NCBI GenBank assembly: GCA_013265495.1
Contig: MU058423.1
Coordinates: 8,789,627 to 8,853,626, forward strand
Length of the DNA: 64,000 nucleotides
Source of the DNA: Vicugna vicugna
Taxonomy: Eukaryota
Direction of reading: 5' to 3'
Position numbers and translations under genes: made by a program. How positions within the stretch are numbered: the stretch's first letter is position 1; each line of letters opens with the position of its first letter. Shown here in pieces: positions 49,560 to 62,984 of this stretch. Below the pieces are notes generated by a model, which saw only the letters and a list, made by a program, of their open reading frames with translations, did no database searches and was not told the origin of the DNA.

Positions 49560-51540
49560 CTAGAATGTCTTCAAAATTCTAAGGAAAAGTGATTTTCATC
49601 CTGAAATTCCAAAATTCAACCTATCAGTCAAGTATAAAGGTAGAACAAATGTACAAAGGTACAAAAATTTACCACCCACCAAATCTTCCTGAGAAAAGTA
49701 TTATAGGGATGTGCTCCAGGAAAAGAAGACATGAGAGCCAGGAAAATTAGGGATCCAACTGAAAAGTGTAAAGAGAAGGTCCCAGGTCAGAACTCCACGT
49801 TTGGGCTAGAGCACAATCAGCCTGGGTTGGAAGGCAGAAGTGTCTTCAGGAAAAAAAATGGACTTGGTAAGATTTTTTTGCTGTGTTGAGATTTTGGGAA
49901 AAAAAAATGTAAATTGCGTGACACAATTTGTGGGACAGGGAGAGTAGCATTCTCTTCTCACAAATATAAAGAAAATTACACAAATAAAAAAGGCATTTCA
50001 CTATAGGAAAAATAAGAGAAGTTCAACAAAGAAAACAGTCATAGGAGACTGCTAAGCTCAACAGTGAACAATGTTTACGTGGTAATAATGCATACATTAT
50101 TGGGTTTAACCAAAAAATTATAATATAGCTACACTGGGGAGCGAGGGGAAGTAGACAGCAAGGTAGGAGAACTAATCCTATCTACCATAACCAGGAGGCA
50201 ATAGAAAAATGTCCAAAATTGATCAATTTTAAAAATAGCATTATAAGCAAGATATTTAGAAATATGACAGTGAAAATATTAGTATAATTTGCAAAAAGGT
50301 TCCCCCTTTCGAAAGCGGGTCTGGGGGTACAGAGAGGCAGGATAGGGACCTGATTTTTTTTTATTAGAATTCAATACTTTTAATATTTCTCAAACCATGG
50401 TCATGTATTATTTGAAAAGCTAAAAATTAATTTAAAAATATACAGTTGAATGAAGTAACAGTGTATTTTATGTTACACTTCACATGTGTTTATCTTTCTC
50501 ATTTTATTGTAAATCTTAAAGGTGAAATTTTTTAATTATAACAGATTTCAAACATGTAGAAAAATAACAAAAATGATGTAACAGACAGTGATGAACCTAA
50601 CTACCCAGAATTAATTTTTTTCTTAAGCTTCTTAAGGAGTTTTCTTAAGGACCTCAGTTCTCAAAGAAAACACGACATGTCCCAGGCCTCAGCCTCTGGA
50701 GAAGAGAACTATGTCTTTTCTAAACAAACAATATATGTATTTTATCGTACAATACTTGTTTGTCCTAGGTAACAACAAACTACAGAAAAGAGATAAAAAA
50801 TATTAAATCTATCTGTATACTTACTATCATGAGCAAAACACATTGGCATTCTGTCAGAGTCTTCCAGACTTTTCCCTGTGTGATAACACACCCAAAGGAC
50901 ATATTTCTCTCTCACAAAAAGAGGCTGAATTATACGTGCTGCTTTGAAATTAACATTTTCCACTTAAATATATTGTGCAAGTGTTTCAGAGTAAATTTAA
51001 AACCCCTTTGCATTATCATTCTTTATGGGTCCATAAAATTCATTGTCTAGATGTACCAAATTTTGCTATTTTTCTCTAGGTGAGTCTGTTTTCTGTCTCT
51101 CATCACTATAAGCAGTGCCAACAAACATCCTTCTGTAAACACATGGTTTCTGAACACTGTCCTGTTATTACTGCCTTAAGATAAATGCACGGAAGGGGAC
51201 TTGCTGACATGTCTTCTGCCACGTTATCAAACCGCCCTCCAGAAAGGCAACACCACTTTCAACTCCAAACAGCAATGTCTAAGAGCTTTTTGGTCCCTAA
51301 ACCCTTGCTAATAGCGCATACATTTCTTTAATCTCATACAACTTGATAGATAAATAGCATGTGCTTCTTTCATTTCTAGGCAAGTAGAGCATTATTTTAT
51401 ATTTACCAGACATCAGGGCTCCCATTTTGTTTTATTTGTGCACATGGAGTTTTCACATTGGTTTTTTTAAGAGTTCTTTACATTAAAAAAAAAAAACCTC
51501 ATTCAAATGTGTTGCAAATATTTCCTCCCAGCTGATTACT
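49560..51540. mobile_element. Degraded ancient L1 (L1ME-type) fragments in both orientations
   Basis: 'tcttcaaaattctaaggaaaagtgattttcatcctgaaattc' is ORF1-end-like on the plus strand. 50520-51540 resembles a minus-strand L1 3' region. Confidence 0.5.
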
Positions 51541-53734
51541 GTGAGGAGAGTGAATTACAGAGATCAGGCCTGGGGTGGGAGGGCACAGCGGTGGTCTGGT
51601 GAGAGATGACAGGTTGGATTAGGGCATGAGAAACTGCCTGGAAGTCAGGACCTGGGCAAGGAGGAGGACGAGAAAAGGTCTGGACATGGAGTACAGGGCT
51701 GGAAAAATCTGCTAAAAGGTAAACCATGTTTTGTTTCTTTTAAATCTCAACCTATATCCCCTTTTATTTCTGAGGCTGCTGTAAGAAGTTTCAGCCATTT
51801 TTAGGGTGGAGAATATAAAACATATGAGCTATAAAATTCTTCCTAAGTGATTAACAGTCTTCAAACACTTGACAAAAATAGTTACATACAATGTTGTTCG
51901 TAACACATTGAAATTAAATTATAAAATCAAGAAACTGAAAAGCTACATAGGAGGGGACTCTGGCCTCCGGGAACCCTACACTGACACCCAGACAGGAACA
52001 CCGCTAAGCCCTGCATTTATTAGGGCACCTGCCACACATACCAGGTCACAAGCACCTGTGTGGGGAAGCGTACATTAGAAAACACAGTTCCACGTTTCAT
52101 GAGGCATAAATGAGTCCCGAGAACTGGCGGACCTGGGGAAGTCTGAAGACGTTTCTCATCAGGTGCCGGTAGGCCTCATTCTTTATACCAGAGTCATCCC
52201 TCACGATGACAAACGATGAACAAAGACACTAATGATAAATGCCGATTATCTAACTCGGCCTCCCTGTCCCCGCGGGCTCCAGCCCCTCTCCCCACAGTCC
52301 CAGTGCAGCCCCTCTCCTGCTCCGTCTGAGCTGCCCGGGTCGCAGCAGCGTCCCTGAGACAAAGCCACATGGTTGCTGGCAACAAGGATGAAGAAAACTA
52401 GCCCAGGGAAGACCTTTGTATCTTGGCTCCCCAAGCAAAGGGTCTGCTCTCAGACTCCCTGTCGCCCTCTGGAGGCTCTGAGCATCAGTGCATTTGCTTT
52501 TGGATGCCAGCCCGCTTCACATAGACAAGAAAATGAAAGCCAACTGAAGCCCATGGAGGAGCATTTTTTAAAGACAGATTTACAGGTGATGGTCTAGCTA
52601 AAGAACAAATAATAGCATAAAATTTGAAGATGTATGTTATTTCACCCATTGTCCTCTATATACAGACAAGATCAAAACTAAAATCAAGTAAGTTAAACTC
52701 TGCCCATCGATTTCAGTTGGATAAAGTAATTACTGACCAACACATTAATAAAATGGTGACTGAGTAAGCGACCAGGGGGGCTGCCGTGCGCGCCATTAAG
52801 AAAGGATCTATTAGATGAAGTACAGCACACCAGGGAATAAAGAGGGGAGAGTTATAATGGAAAAATGACATAGGAGGAGAGTTTGAAATAGAAACAAGTA
52901 AAAATAGAAGTCTCAGGACTGAAAGAAAAAGTTGAAAATGGAATTTTTAGCAGATTTAAATGATTTGGCGAGGAAAAATGTCTGGGTCATCTCTAAAATT
53001 CTTTTCAGCTCTCAGATGTTAAACCTACAAGACACAAAAGCTGGGGAAAGGCAAAGAGGTCATCCTCGTACTGAGCTGCTTCTGAACAATAAAAAGAAGC
53101 TGTCTTCTCTCCCTCCTCCTGCCATTGGCTCAGACCTTTATCACCTGGACCACTGCCTCATCACCAGCTCCCTTGCACCACTGGCCACATACAGACACCA
53201 GCACCTCTTCCCCACCGCAGCCAGGGTGAGCGCCCCAAACTGTGAATCTCTAGTCACCCCCCCCGACTAGCAGCCTCTGGTGGGCCCCAGCAGCATTCAG
53301 ATTGGAACTGGAACGCCTTAGTCCTACGAACGGAAAGCAGGGTCTTAGAGATTTCATTTGTACTTCACAGATTTTCCTCTAAGGTGCACCCCGCTCATGG
53401 GCAAAGGACTTCATAAATCACAGCACCTCGGTGGTGAACACCACATTCTGATTTACCTGACTGTCAGTTTATGTGAACTGATCTAAATAGCAGCACCCAG
53501 ATCGACCTAATCAGCCTCGCTACGTCAAGAGCACATACTGACGGGTGTGTGGACACTGGGCTATCAGCCCAGAGCAGGAAAAGAAAAGGATAAAAACAAT
53601 GATAGTTACAGGAGAAATTTACCAGGACAGGCCGGCTAAGGTTATGGTCAAAATGACAGTATGTAACGTACCAGAGCCCCCACAGAGGACCCCATAGAGG
53701 GGAGGCAGGGTACAGAGAGAGGCCTCTGGGCCAG

Positions 53735-53960
53735 GGGCTGAGGGCAGACTCTGGAGCCAGAGCTCCTGGGTTCAAACGACAGCTCCACTGTGTACTTTTG
53801 TGATCTTGGGCAGATGGCTTAACTTTCTCTGCCTCACTTATGTCATCTGTGAAATGGGCCTAGTAAAGGTGCCTATTTCATACAGCTGTAATAAGGACTA
53901 AAAAGTAATCCATGTAAAGTGCTTAGAACAGTGCCAGGCATGCTGTAGGTGTTGGTTAGG
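53735..53960 (+). mobile_element. MIR, well preserved
   Basis: 'agactctggagccagagctcctgggttcaaa...gtgatcttgggcagatggcttaactttctctgcctca...catgtaaagtgcttagaacagtgccaggca'. Confidence 0.88.
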
Positions 53961-55271
53961 TTGTTGCCTTATAAGCTCCTCATTTCACTCCTTAAATATC
54001 TGGCACTTTAAATAAAGTGCTTTAAATTCCATCTTCTTAAAGATATTTTTTATAACCCCAACATGGAATGGACCCTAAGATCCCTGAATGTCAAAATGAG
54101 CACTTCTGGCTGGTACTATTTTGCATTTGAGCACATGCTACCCTTGAATAACTTGGATTATTACCAATTTCATGTCTGTTTTCCATGAAAACAGAAGCAT
54201 TCACTCAAGTAGTATTTACGAAGGCCTGTGGTCTAGGCATAGACTTACGACGAGGGCAGATGGACGCCTCCGTCCTTATAAAGCGTGTCACCCAGCAGGG
54301 AAGGCGAGGTAAGGACCACGGAGGAAAAGAACAGGCAGGAGCAGGAAGCAGGGAGCCCAACCTGGTCCCACAAGACGGGCTGCGTGTATTTCACAGTTCC
54401 CAGCCCAGCACTGAATGAAGACCAGGTGCAATGAAGGTTAAGCCTCTACTGTTAAAAGGTTTCTCGTAACTCTAAGTGGGTGAAGGGAACCACTTCTTTA
54501 ACGCCATAGCCTATTCCATGACTCTGACCTGAACCATTCTGGTTGGTGCTTCAGCTTAGCTTCCTTTCAACCACCTCGTAAGCACTGGAAAACCACATAT
54601 TCAAGCTCTCCAAATCAGGTAGCCACAGAGCTTCCTCAGCTTCCTAATGACCAACCACAGGAAAATTCCTACAGGCCCAGGTGTCATAAAGTAATTTGCT
54701 ACTTCCGCTTTCAATCCAATTTTACTTAAAAAACAAAACAAAACAAAAACCTCTAGAGGAACACTGCTTTTTTGCACTTTCTTTATGTATACACTAAATA
54801 AATCCAGCATTCCCACAGGCTTCTACCCTGAACGTTGGTATAGAGCTTGAAACACACAAAAACCCTTGCGGCATTCTCAACTGATATTCCCGCTTGGAAT
54901 TCACGAGAATGATAAGGAAATCACTGACTCTGTTGCACGCACTTGAGTAAACTAACTCCCCATATTCGTGTAACGTTCTGGAGACAGCGCCAGATAAGCA
55001 TGGCAATAAAAAGGCTCAGGATCAGAAGAGTCACTTGCACAAAGCATCACCAAACTATAAAGTGGTCCAAACCCATGGATATGTCACTGTCTATAATCTT
55101 AACCGCACCATCATTCTCTGGTATTTCTGAACGCTTTCATCTCTGCCCTCTAATTTCAAAAATAATAGCATTTCTGAAAGAAAGCCAAAGTAATTAACTT
55201 GGAGGGTAAGGGAAGTAGGAGGGAGGCGGGACAGCCAACATCTGAATATATGCTCATATTTGAAACTGACT

Positions 55272-55500
55272 TATTTAATTTACTTATTTATTTTGTTGAA
55301 GTGTAATTGATTTACAAGGTCAGTTTCAGGTGTACAGCCAGGTGATTCAGTTATACATACCCATATGTGTATTTTTTTTCTTTTCAGATTCTTCTCGATT
55401 ATATGTTATTACAGGAAACTGTGTAAGTTCCCTGTGCTCTGCAGTAGGTTCTTTTGTTTATCTATTTTACATATAGTAATGTGTGTCTGTTAAGCCCCCA
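55272..55500 (-). mobile_element. L1 3' end (5'-truncated)
   Basis: Reverse complement of the L1 tail family seen at 12295 and 19441. TSD AAACTGACT at 55263-55271 and 55501-55509. Confidence 0.85.
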
Positions 55501-56868
55501 AAACTGACTAATTTTAAATTTCAATCATATTGCATTCTTCACCCTTTCAGTGATAAATAAATGTTAATTAGTCTCAAGTTCAACAAACTGAGATCTACAG
55601 AAAGTATGAGAAATGAAATGTTCTCACCACCAGATGTTAATTTAATACAGATTATGATATAAAAAACAAGTACGTCCCTGCAAAATAAGTATGCTTCTCA
55701 GATAGACAGATAGGTTTTACGTTTGCCTTTTCAGAGGTCATAATTCCAAAGCCCTGTTCACTTGAACTCAACCTGGGGAGGAAATGCTGACCAGAACAAG
55801 AAAAGTCTTCTGGCTTAACTATAGTATCACGATAAAATGTCAGTTCAGATCCTTTTGTTTGCTCTGAATGGGCCAAACTACAACACAGAGATGAGAAATG
55901 GTCAACAAAAGCTCTGGACATCAACATGACCTTGGCCAAGATTTACGTTTGGTCAGGACAGATGACTCAAACAAGTAAACTCGGCCCCTTTATCAGTGGC
56001 CATCCTGGAGAACATACCACAGGGTTGAAAACTCACTTCCTCCAGCAGTTCCCAGCCTTTCTCTGGAAGAAAACTCACTCTCCCTAACTCCAAGCACTCT
56101 GGTTATCTTTCCTGGTGAAAAAAAAGCCTGTTTGGGATGCCAGCTGCTGACCTAACAGAGCTATGACACGTCTTTTCCACTGTGGATTCCTTGAGGGCTA
56201 AGTCCATTCAAAGCTCTTGTCCATGTCCTATGGGTCACTGCCTAATAGAATGCACATCTAAAAAACTTTTTAAAAAAAGAATATACATCTATACTTGCTG
56301 CTTAAATATTTTAATAGTTTTTTTTGCCCCTTTAGGGATATAAAAATATAAATATTAACCTGGTGCTTAGCTTCCCCTCAGGCATATTATGGTAGAAAGA
56401 GCTAAACTAGGAGTTAAACTCCCAGCTCTCAGGGAGGTCCCACTAATTAAAAACTCTGCAAACTTGGGCAAGTAAACACTTTGTGGGACCCAGGTTTCCG
56501 ATCCACACCAGAGGGGAAATTAGAACAAATTATTTCAAGGCTGCTTCTAGCTCCAAAAATGCCCATGGTCCTAATTCTTAGTAAATCACTATCTTGTATA
56601 TTCAGAGGTAGCAGGTGTAATAGAAAAAACATGGATTTGAAATCAGATAGACATGGACTGAATCATGTTTCTAACATTGAGATTAGAACTTCTCTAATAT
56701 TCAATGTCCTTATTATAAAAAGGATAATATTGCCTAACTCACCCAGTAGTTACAAAGGTTAAATCAGAAAATGTACCATTTTAAAGTGATTTGTTTATAA
56801 TAGAGTCTCAATAAAAAAAGTTGCCCCTGATTATGTTTTCAACTCTAGACTTACTTTAGAAATCATGA

Positions 56869-56978
56869 TTTTTTTTATTTTATTATTTAAAAAAATGTTT
56901 TAATGGTGGTACTGGGGGTTGAACCCAGGACCTACATGTTAGGCATGCACTCTACTACTGCGCTATGCCCTCCCCTCC
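56869..56978 (-). mobile_element. Camelid-type tRNA-derived SINE
   Basis: Perfect 11-bp TSD AGAAATCATGA at 56858-56868 and 56979-56989. Confidence 0.9.
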
Positions 56979-57368
56979 AGAAATCATGAGTTTACGGCGT
57001 CAGTGTACGACATGTGGTATGTACTATTTCTTTGATTGTCACGTTAAGATTTTTCTTCTTGATATCTATTTTCACTTTCAAATAGAAAGTTTGCTTTTTT
57101 ATTTCTTTTTTGTAAATATTTTCCAACCCAGAGTGGCCTCCTTTATAATTGTACTCTTTAAATTACAGCTTTTTTTCTTCTTAAGGATAATTGCTTTCTT
57201 TGCTCTGATTCTTGCTTTATAGATGATGACTCCATGCATAAAAATTTAGTACTCTCAGCCTTCAGAGAAGAGATATGACTATGTTATATGTGTTCAACTG
57301 GGAAACGAAGAAATGCAGAATGTTAGTCTTAAGGAGACACAAAAATCCTCCCAGGAAAAAAAACTCAC

Positions 57369-57528
57369 CTCTCCAAATCTCTCCACATTTTGTATTTTAG
57401 GTAAGTTTCCACAAATAGACATATCATCCAAGCTGGAAAGAATTTTATTAATACTTCCTTCACAGGATGGTCTATTTTTCAGTTTGGATCGGAAAATGTC
57501 TCCTTGGACCCATAACGATGCCTGTTTT
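57369..57528 (-). CDS. CDC14A: CDC14A coding exon, 160 nt (exon 11 equivalent), includes the nuclear export signal region
   Basis: cctttttacag|A, then [53 protein letters not shown], then |[16 protein letters not shown] corresponds to the CDC14A NES. Confidence 0.98.
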
Positions 57529-60500
57529 CTGTAAAAAGGAGAAAAAACAAAGTAATCTTTAAAATAAATGACTATCACATCCTCAGAAGTATGAAGTCTT
57601 ACAGTCAAAAAGATCAGCAGATATACATTTACAAATCAGACTAAAAAGATTATGAAGTCTTAGAATAGAGGAAAATAGTCACTTTCTGAAAGCCAAAATG
57701 AATTCTATTGAAGTTCTATACTAAACACAAACACCCTTCTAATATATACCTGTATCGCTCTACATGGGTTGACTGTTAATGTTCTCAGATGCTTAGAACC
57801 AATTCCACAGCAGTAAAGACTGTGAGCCAACTTGTCTTTTAAATATGAATTTGAAATCACTAACATATTTCTCAAATAGCAATTTGGTATGTCTGTTAAA
57901 ATAGCTGGAGTGAAATGGACTCAAAGATGTGGGTGAAGGAACTTGAGTTAGATGGAGATAATATCTTTAGAAAGTACTGAACACCTAATTGTCTGTGGTC
58001 CCATGAAAAGCCCTGAACACATCACTTTACAAACCCACCCTTACAAGAATAAAGCTTATAGCCTCAATTAGATTATCCTTTGGGAAAAAGAAAATGTGTT
58101 TGATGTTCATCTATAGCCTTTCCTTTACTTAAATGAGGCATACTTAACAATTGTTTTCAAGGTTCTAAGAAAAAAACTTAAAATATTTAAGCAAAATGAC
58201 AAACTGGGGTTTCTATTTTTATTGATGGAGTCACTCTCATACATTAAGATAAATTATCCCATAGAATCTTTTTCGTTCTATACTATACCATACCGCAAGG
58301 AATAGAATTAAACTAAAACATTGTGGTTTATCATAAGGAATGCCAAGAGGCAATGAAACAAGAGCATTATCAAGTTTGCTTAGGATCCTAGGAGACGGTG
58401 CCCCTAACTCAAAGTGAAAGAATCAGAAAGAAGTTGTCTGAGAGTCCAGAAGTATCTGGAAAGATGGGCAGGGCTTAGCCAGCGAGAGTATTCCCCGACA
58501 AGGAAAACAACGTGGGCTTGGAGAAATAGTGGTATCAAAGAACATGGCATGTATGAAAAACTGAGTCGGCTGTTGTCTGACTTGACTGAAGCCCTTCTGC
58601 CTCACAAGAGAGGAGGAGGATGTGGGAACCAACTCTGGATGGGCTCCACACGCCATGCTGAGTCCTTTACATTTGATCTCAAAATTGAAGGGAAGACCAA
58701 ATTTAAAAACAAAACAAAACAACACAACAAAACCATGAAGTGGGAACAGAAGCCAAAAACCTGGAAGACCCAGAAGGCTAAACTGAAAAAAACTCCAGTT
58801 CCAAAATGTTATAACATGAAGACTCGGATGCTGCTGCCCACTTAAAGATGAAAATGACAAAGTGACACCTTTTGCTTGCTCAGTTTAAAAGACTCAATCT
58901 GTCCCATCCCTGGAAAGACTTGATTTGAACCTGAAGATTACAGATGAATAAAGTGTCAAAGCTGATCTGCGTGTTGCTAAGCGATGCTGTACGCAGGTGC
59001 TCCTTAAGAAAAAGCAGCACTTCACGCAAGTACCTTTTTTATTGACAATGGAAACCACGCTAGCTTTTATTGTGATGTCTGTTACTCCTTAAAAGCCTCA
59101 CCTTAAACAGAAGAAGTAAAACATGTGTTTTTAAGTATTCAGCATTTAAAAATCAAATCCAATGAAGCTAACCTAACAATTCAAAGGAAACCTTCCAGTA
59201 AAGTAGTGCATTTTCTAAAAGAGAGTGACTTTATTGACCCTCTGCCAAAAAAAGATCACATGCTTTGAAGTGACAGGATGAAATGTGGCTTGATTTGAAC
59301 AGAGGCCAGTGTTGGAGTGACTGTTTTTGGCCACGTTCCGGCCCTGGGTTAGTCAGGTGTGGACTAGCCAAGCCTGGGACATTAAAAAAACTAAATAACT
59401 TGGCTTCATTACAGGCCAAATTATAATTAATTCTGATATAAAGCTTTCATGAGTCTTTAAAAATATATACATGCTTTTAAAATTCCTCTAAGGAAAGGCG
59501 TCGGTTGCGTTGTTACGGACATTTCTGGTCTTGCATTCAGCACACAGTAGGAGCCGCTGTGCGGCTGCTTCTGTTTCTGCTGACCCTTCCCCCTTATTTC
59601 CTTGACTGCACCCTAATCCCATCTCCACACCATCTTAACTCTTCATCACTTCTTCCATACTGGACACCTGTTTTCCCAGTACGACCCACCCTGACCCCAG
59701 TGTCCATCCAAAACCACCACTGGTCTTTTCACATAGAAACTCAGCTGACTTTCTAGCTCGACCCAGGCCTATTCTAGCTGGGACTTGAGCCCCAGTCAGT
59801 CCAGTGTGCCTGCTACCACCACCACCCTAAGGCTATTATGGGAACAGAGGTAGCTCCTGGTTTAAAAGATTGGGCTAATAAAACAGTCTACCTTGATGTC
59901 CAAGGAGGACAGACTAGAAAGTATACCCACGATTCAAGAGGTAGGAAGGAGACAGGAGTTCTACTCCTACTTTGGGACAAATGGAAGATCTCACAGGAAG
60001 ATGTTTAGAAAGAATTTATGAGGGTGTAGGGGAGGGCTCTTGGTTCTGAAACAAATAAGAAGATACAAAAATGACTTAGGGAATCCCCAAAAAGATTCAA
60101 CTAGATAATTCTCGTTTAGGAATGCAATCCCACAATTAGAAGCTAGATCATTGGTATCACATCAAAATACAAACTTTGCAACTAAACCTAATGCTTTATG
60201 GCTTATATATTTTTTCAACTCTAACCCTTTTCACACAGACACAGAACGAACAAAAACCATTCAATCTTCTATCTATAGTAATTGACATGAGTATTTCAAG
60301 ATAAATTTCTGATGCCACCATTGCCAAAAATTCTTATATATACCTTCGTTTTACTTAAACCCATGTTAGAATCATACTTTTTCTTAGCCAATAAATTCAG
60401 TGCCAACTGAGAGTCAATAATGGATTAAATGATGCAACAGTAAACACTGAAGAGCAACACAACTGAGTGTTATGCAAAACTGACTGTCAGATAAACAGTG

Positions 60501-60954
60501 CAAACTGCAATGTGCTTGCTATTTTAATAAGTAAAACCACAATATTGTTTTTATTGTTGTTTTAAATTCTTCTCTTTATAATATTTCAGGTTTTAATTTC
60601 TGTATTTTAGGAAAGACAAGTTCTTAAGTCTTTAAAAAAGATTGCTAAAAAATTTCATCCACATTCCTTGACCTGGTACATGTATCCAAAAAAAAAATAC
60701 TATAAATAAAAACAGTAGGAATCAATTGTAATTGAAAACTTGAGCTATTATTGTTGGATATTTTTAAGCACTTTTCCATTTTCCTGAATAGGTTTTCTCC
60801 ATCCTGTTTTTAGTAATTTCCTGAACTAAAGAGCAATGGTTGAACCGTCAGTTTCTGATGTTGCTCAGTCCACTTGTGAAACTGACCAAATGCCAGCAGC
60901 ACCAAACTGAACGTGGCATAAACTGATATCTACAAGTAAAAATGGGCCACAGAC

Positions 60955-61101
60955 CCCTGTTATACAAGGCGGCTGACGGACAGGCAGCATCACCTCCCCT
61001 GGGAACTTGTTAGAAAGGCAGCACCCCAGGTCCCACCCCAGGCCTCCTGAACCAAGATCCCCAAGTGAACGCTACGCATTTTAATATTTGAGAAGCACTG
61101 C
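60955..61101. mobile_element. MER5A-like element
   Basis: 'gcagcatcacc...gggaacttgttagaaaggcagcaccccaggtcccaccccagg...tttgagaagcactg'. Confidence 0.7.
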
Positions 61102-62194
61102 AGACAACTGAAGGCTTACAACTAAATTACAACGCTGAAAAATATCTGACTTACTGGAAGTTGATGAAAATACCTATGATAATAAAGCAGAATGGGGGAA
61201 TTTTGGGTTTATGGATTTGGGAATAAAAAAAGAGTTCAAACACAATGCCATTTCCTTAAATATAACTTGCTTCAAAATAGAAGCACTGCTTTGCAAAGAC
61301 AGAACTTCCTGCACAGTCCAGGTTTAAGCTTTACCGAAGTTTTCTCTGTCTCAGCAGAAACAACAACAGCATCACATCAGTCCCCATAAGAAAAAGATCT
61401 CTCTCTGTGAGTGAAAGTCCCCATGGGAACTTACTGCCTGTGTCTCAAGGACCCTCCTCTAAAGGATCGTGATCGAGAGGGCAGCACAGTAAGTACCACA
61501 CAGCGAACAGTCAATACAACAAACCAAACACATTTTATAATTTGCTTGATTTGCTTAAAAGCAGCCTGATCTCATCTTTGTAATCCTATAGGTCTGTCTA
61601 AGAAGGATGAGTTTAGACTTGGCTCAGTAATAAAAGAGTTACGTCTGTGCAGCATTTTAAGAACTCTGAGGATATTTGGTAGAAGGCTTATTTTGGGTGC
61701 AGAATAGTATTTTTAGCTTATGAATATCAGCTTTAAGTAGAGAAAACAACTTGATGGTTGTTTTGCAAACAGCTTTATTTATATCCTGCAAAAAAGTTTA
61801 AATATAAAATTTCAAACTGTAACAAAAGAGCGATCTCGATTTGCCAATACATAAATCCATCAGCTCACAAGGATGCTAATAAACATCTCTCATACTGCTG
61901 GTGACATAAGAGGAAGGCTTCTTCAAGACAAAGAAATCAACACCTGGACATATGCTGCTGTTTAAGGACTAGCAGGATGTGACAAACCAGCTTTCCTAAA
62001 GTCACAGATTAAGAATTGACATTACCTCAAAAGCACTGATTGGATTTTTCACCTCTGAAAGAATACAATCCCTCTAACTTGTTCAGTCATTTTCAACAGA
62101 TGAAAAGCTATCAGAAAACTTTTTAATCCTCTTACTTCTTTCCTAATGAACGTGTTACTTATTCATGCTTCTGCGTCATCACTGACATCACTCC

Positions 62195-62266
62195 CTTCAT
62201 TTCTCATATCATTAGTCAGACTTCAAAGCTCTTCATCTCTCATATCATTAGTCAGTTTTCAGAGCC
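62195..62266. repeat. Imperfect 36-bp tandem duplication
   Basis: 'cttcat(t/c)tctcatatcattagtcag..ttca(a/g)agc' occurs twice. Confidence 0.8.
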
Positions 62267-62599
62267 TGAGATTTATTTGCCTGACATGTCCCTGGTGCCC
62301 ATCTCTAGCTCTTCAGTCTCACTTCTAGCCCCTCTGACAAGTCCCCATCCCCTCAGACATTAGTAGGCTCCTTTTTAGCTTCTCTGCCGCGAGACTCCTT
62401 CCACCTGATTGATCTTACACATTGCTCCAGCCCAGTCTTCTTTAAATAGCATGTCTGCTGCAGGACTCTCCCGTATCAGATACTCCAAAGTCGAAATGTG
62501 CTGGATGAGAGAAGTTCAGGACACACATGTTCACATTAGGGTCTGTATATCTTACTGTACATACTTACTGACTCTACACAAATGTACACTATGTACACA

Positions 62600-62975
62600 G
62601 ATGTATTTGTCTGCACGGAACAAAGCTTCTGTAACAACTACCACAAGCTTAGAAGAGCACACATTCACTTTCATTCGGTTCTGGAGGCCAGGAGTTCACC
62701 ATCAGTTTAACTGAGCTGAAGTCAAGATGTTGGCATGGCGGGTTCTTTCTAGAGACTCCGAAGCGAGAACCTGTTTCCTTGCCTGTTTCAGCTGCCAGTG
62801 GCTGCCCATGCTCCTTGGTGTATGGCCCCTACCTCCAGCTTCAGTCCAGTCTGTTTCCATTGTCACATCACCCCCTCCTCTGACTCCTCCTGTGCCTCTA
62901 TGATTACACTGAGCTTCCAGAATAATCTCTCCACTTCAAGATCCTTCACTTGATCACATCTGCAAAATCCCCATT
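62600..62975 (-). mobile_element. MaLR LTR (MLT1-like)
   Basis: 'gttctggaggccaggagttca...gtcaagatgttggca...gtttccttgcctgtttcagct...aataatctctccacttcaagatccttcacttgatcacatctgcaaaatccc'. Confidence 0.8.
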
Positions 62976-62984
62976 CATAATATA

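Noticed and set aside
52768..52783. CTCF-like motif CGACCAGGGGGGCT (and CCCACATGGCGCT near 3675)
   Set aside because: Both mismatch core positions and cannot be supported without a PWM scan or ChIP data.
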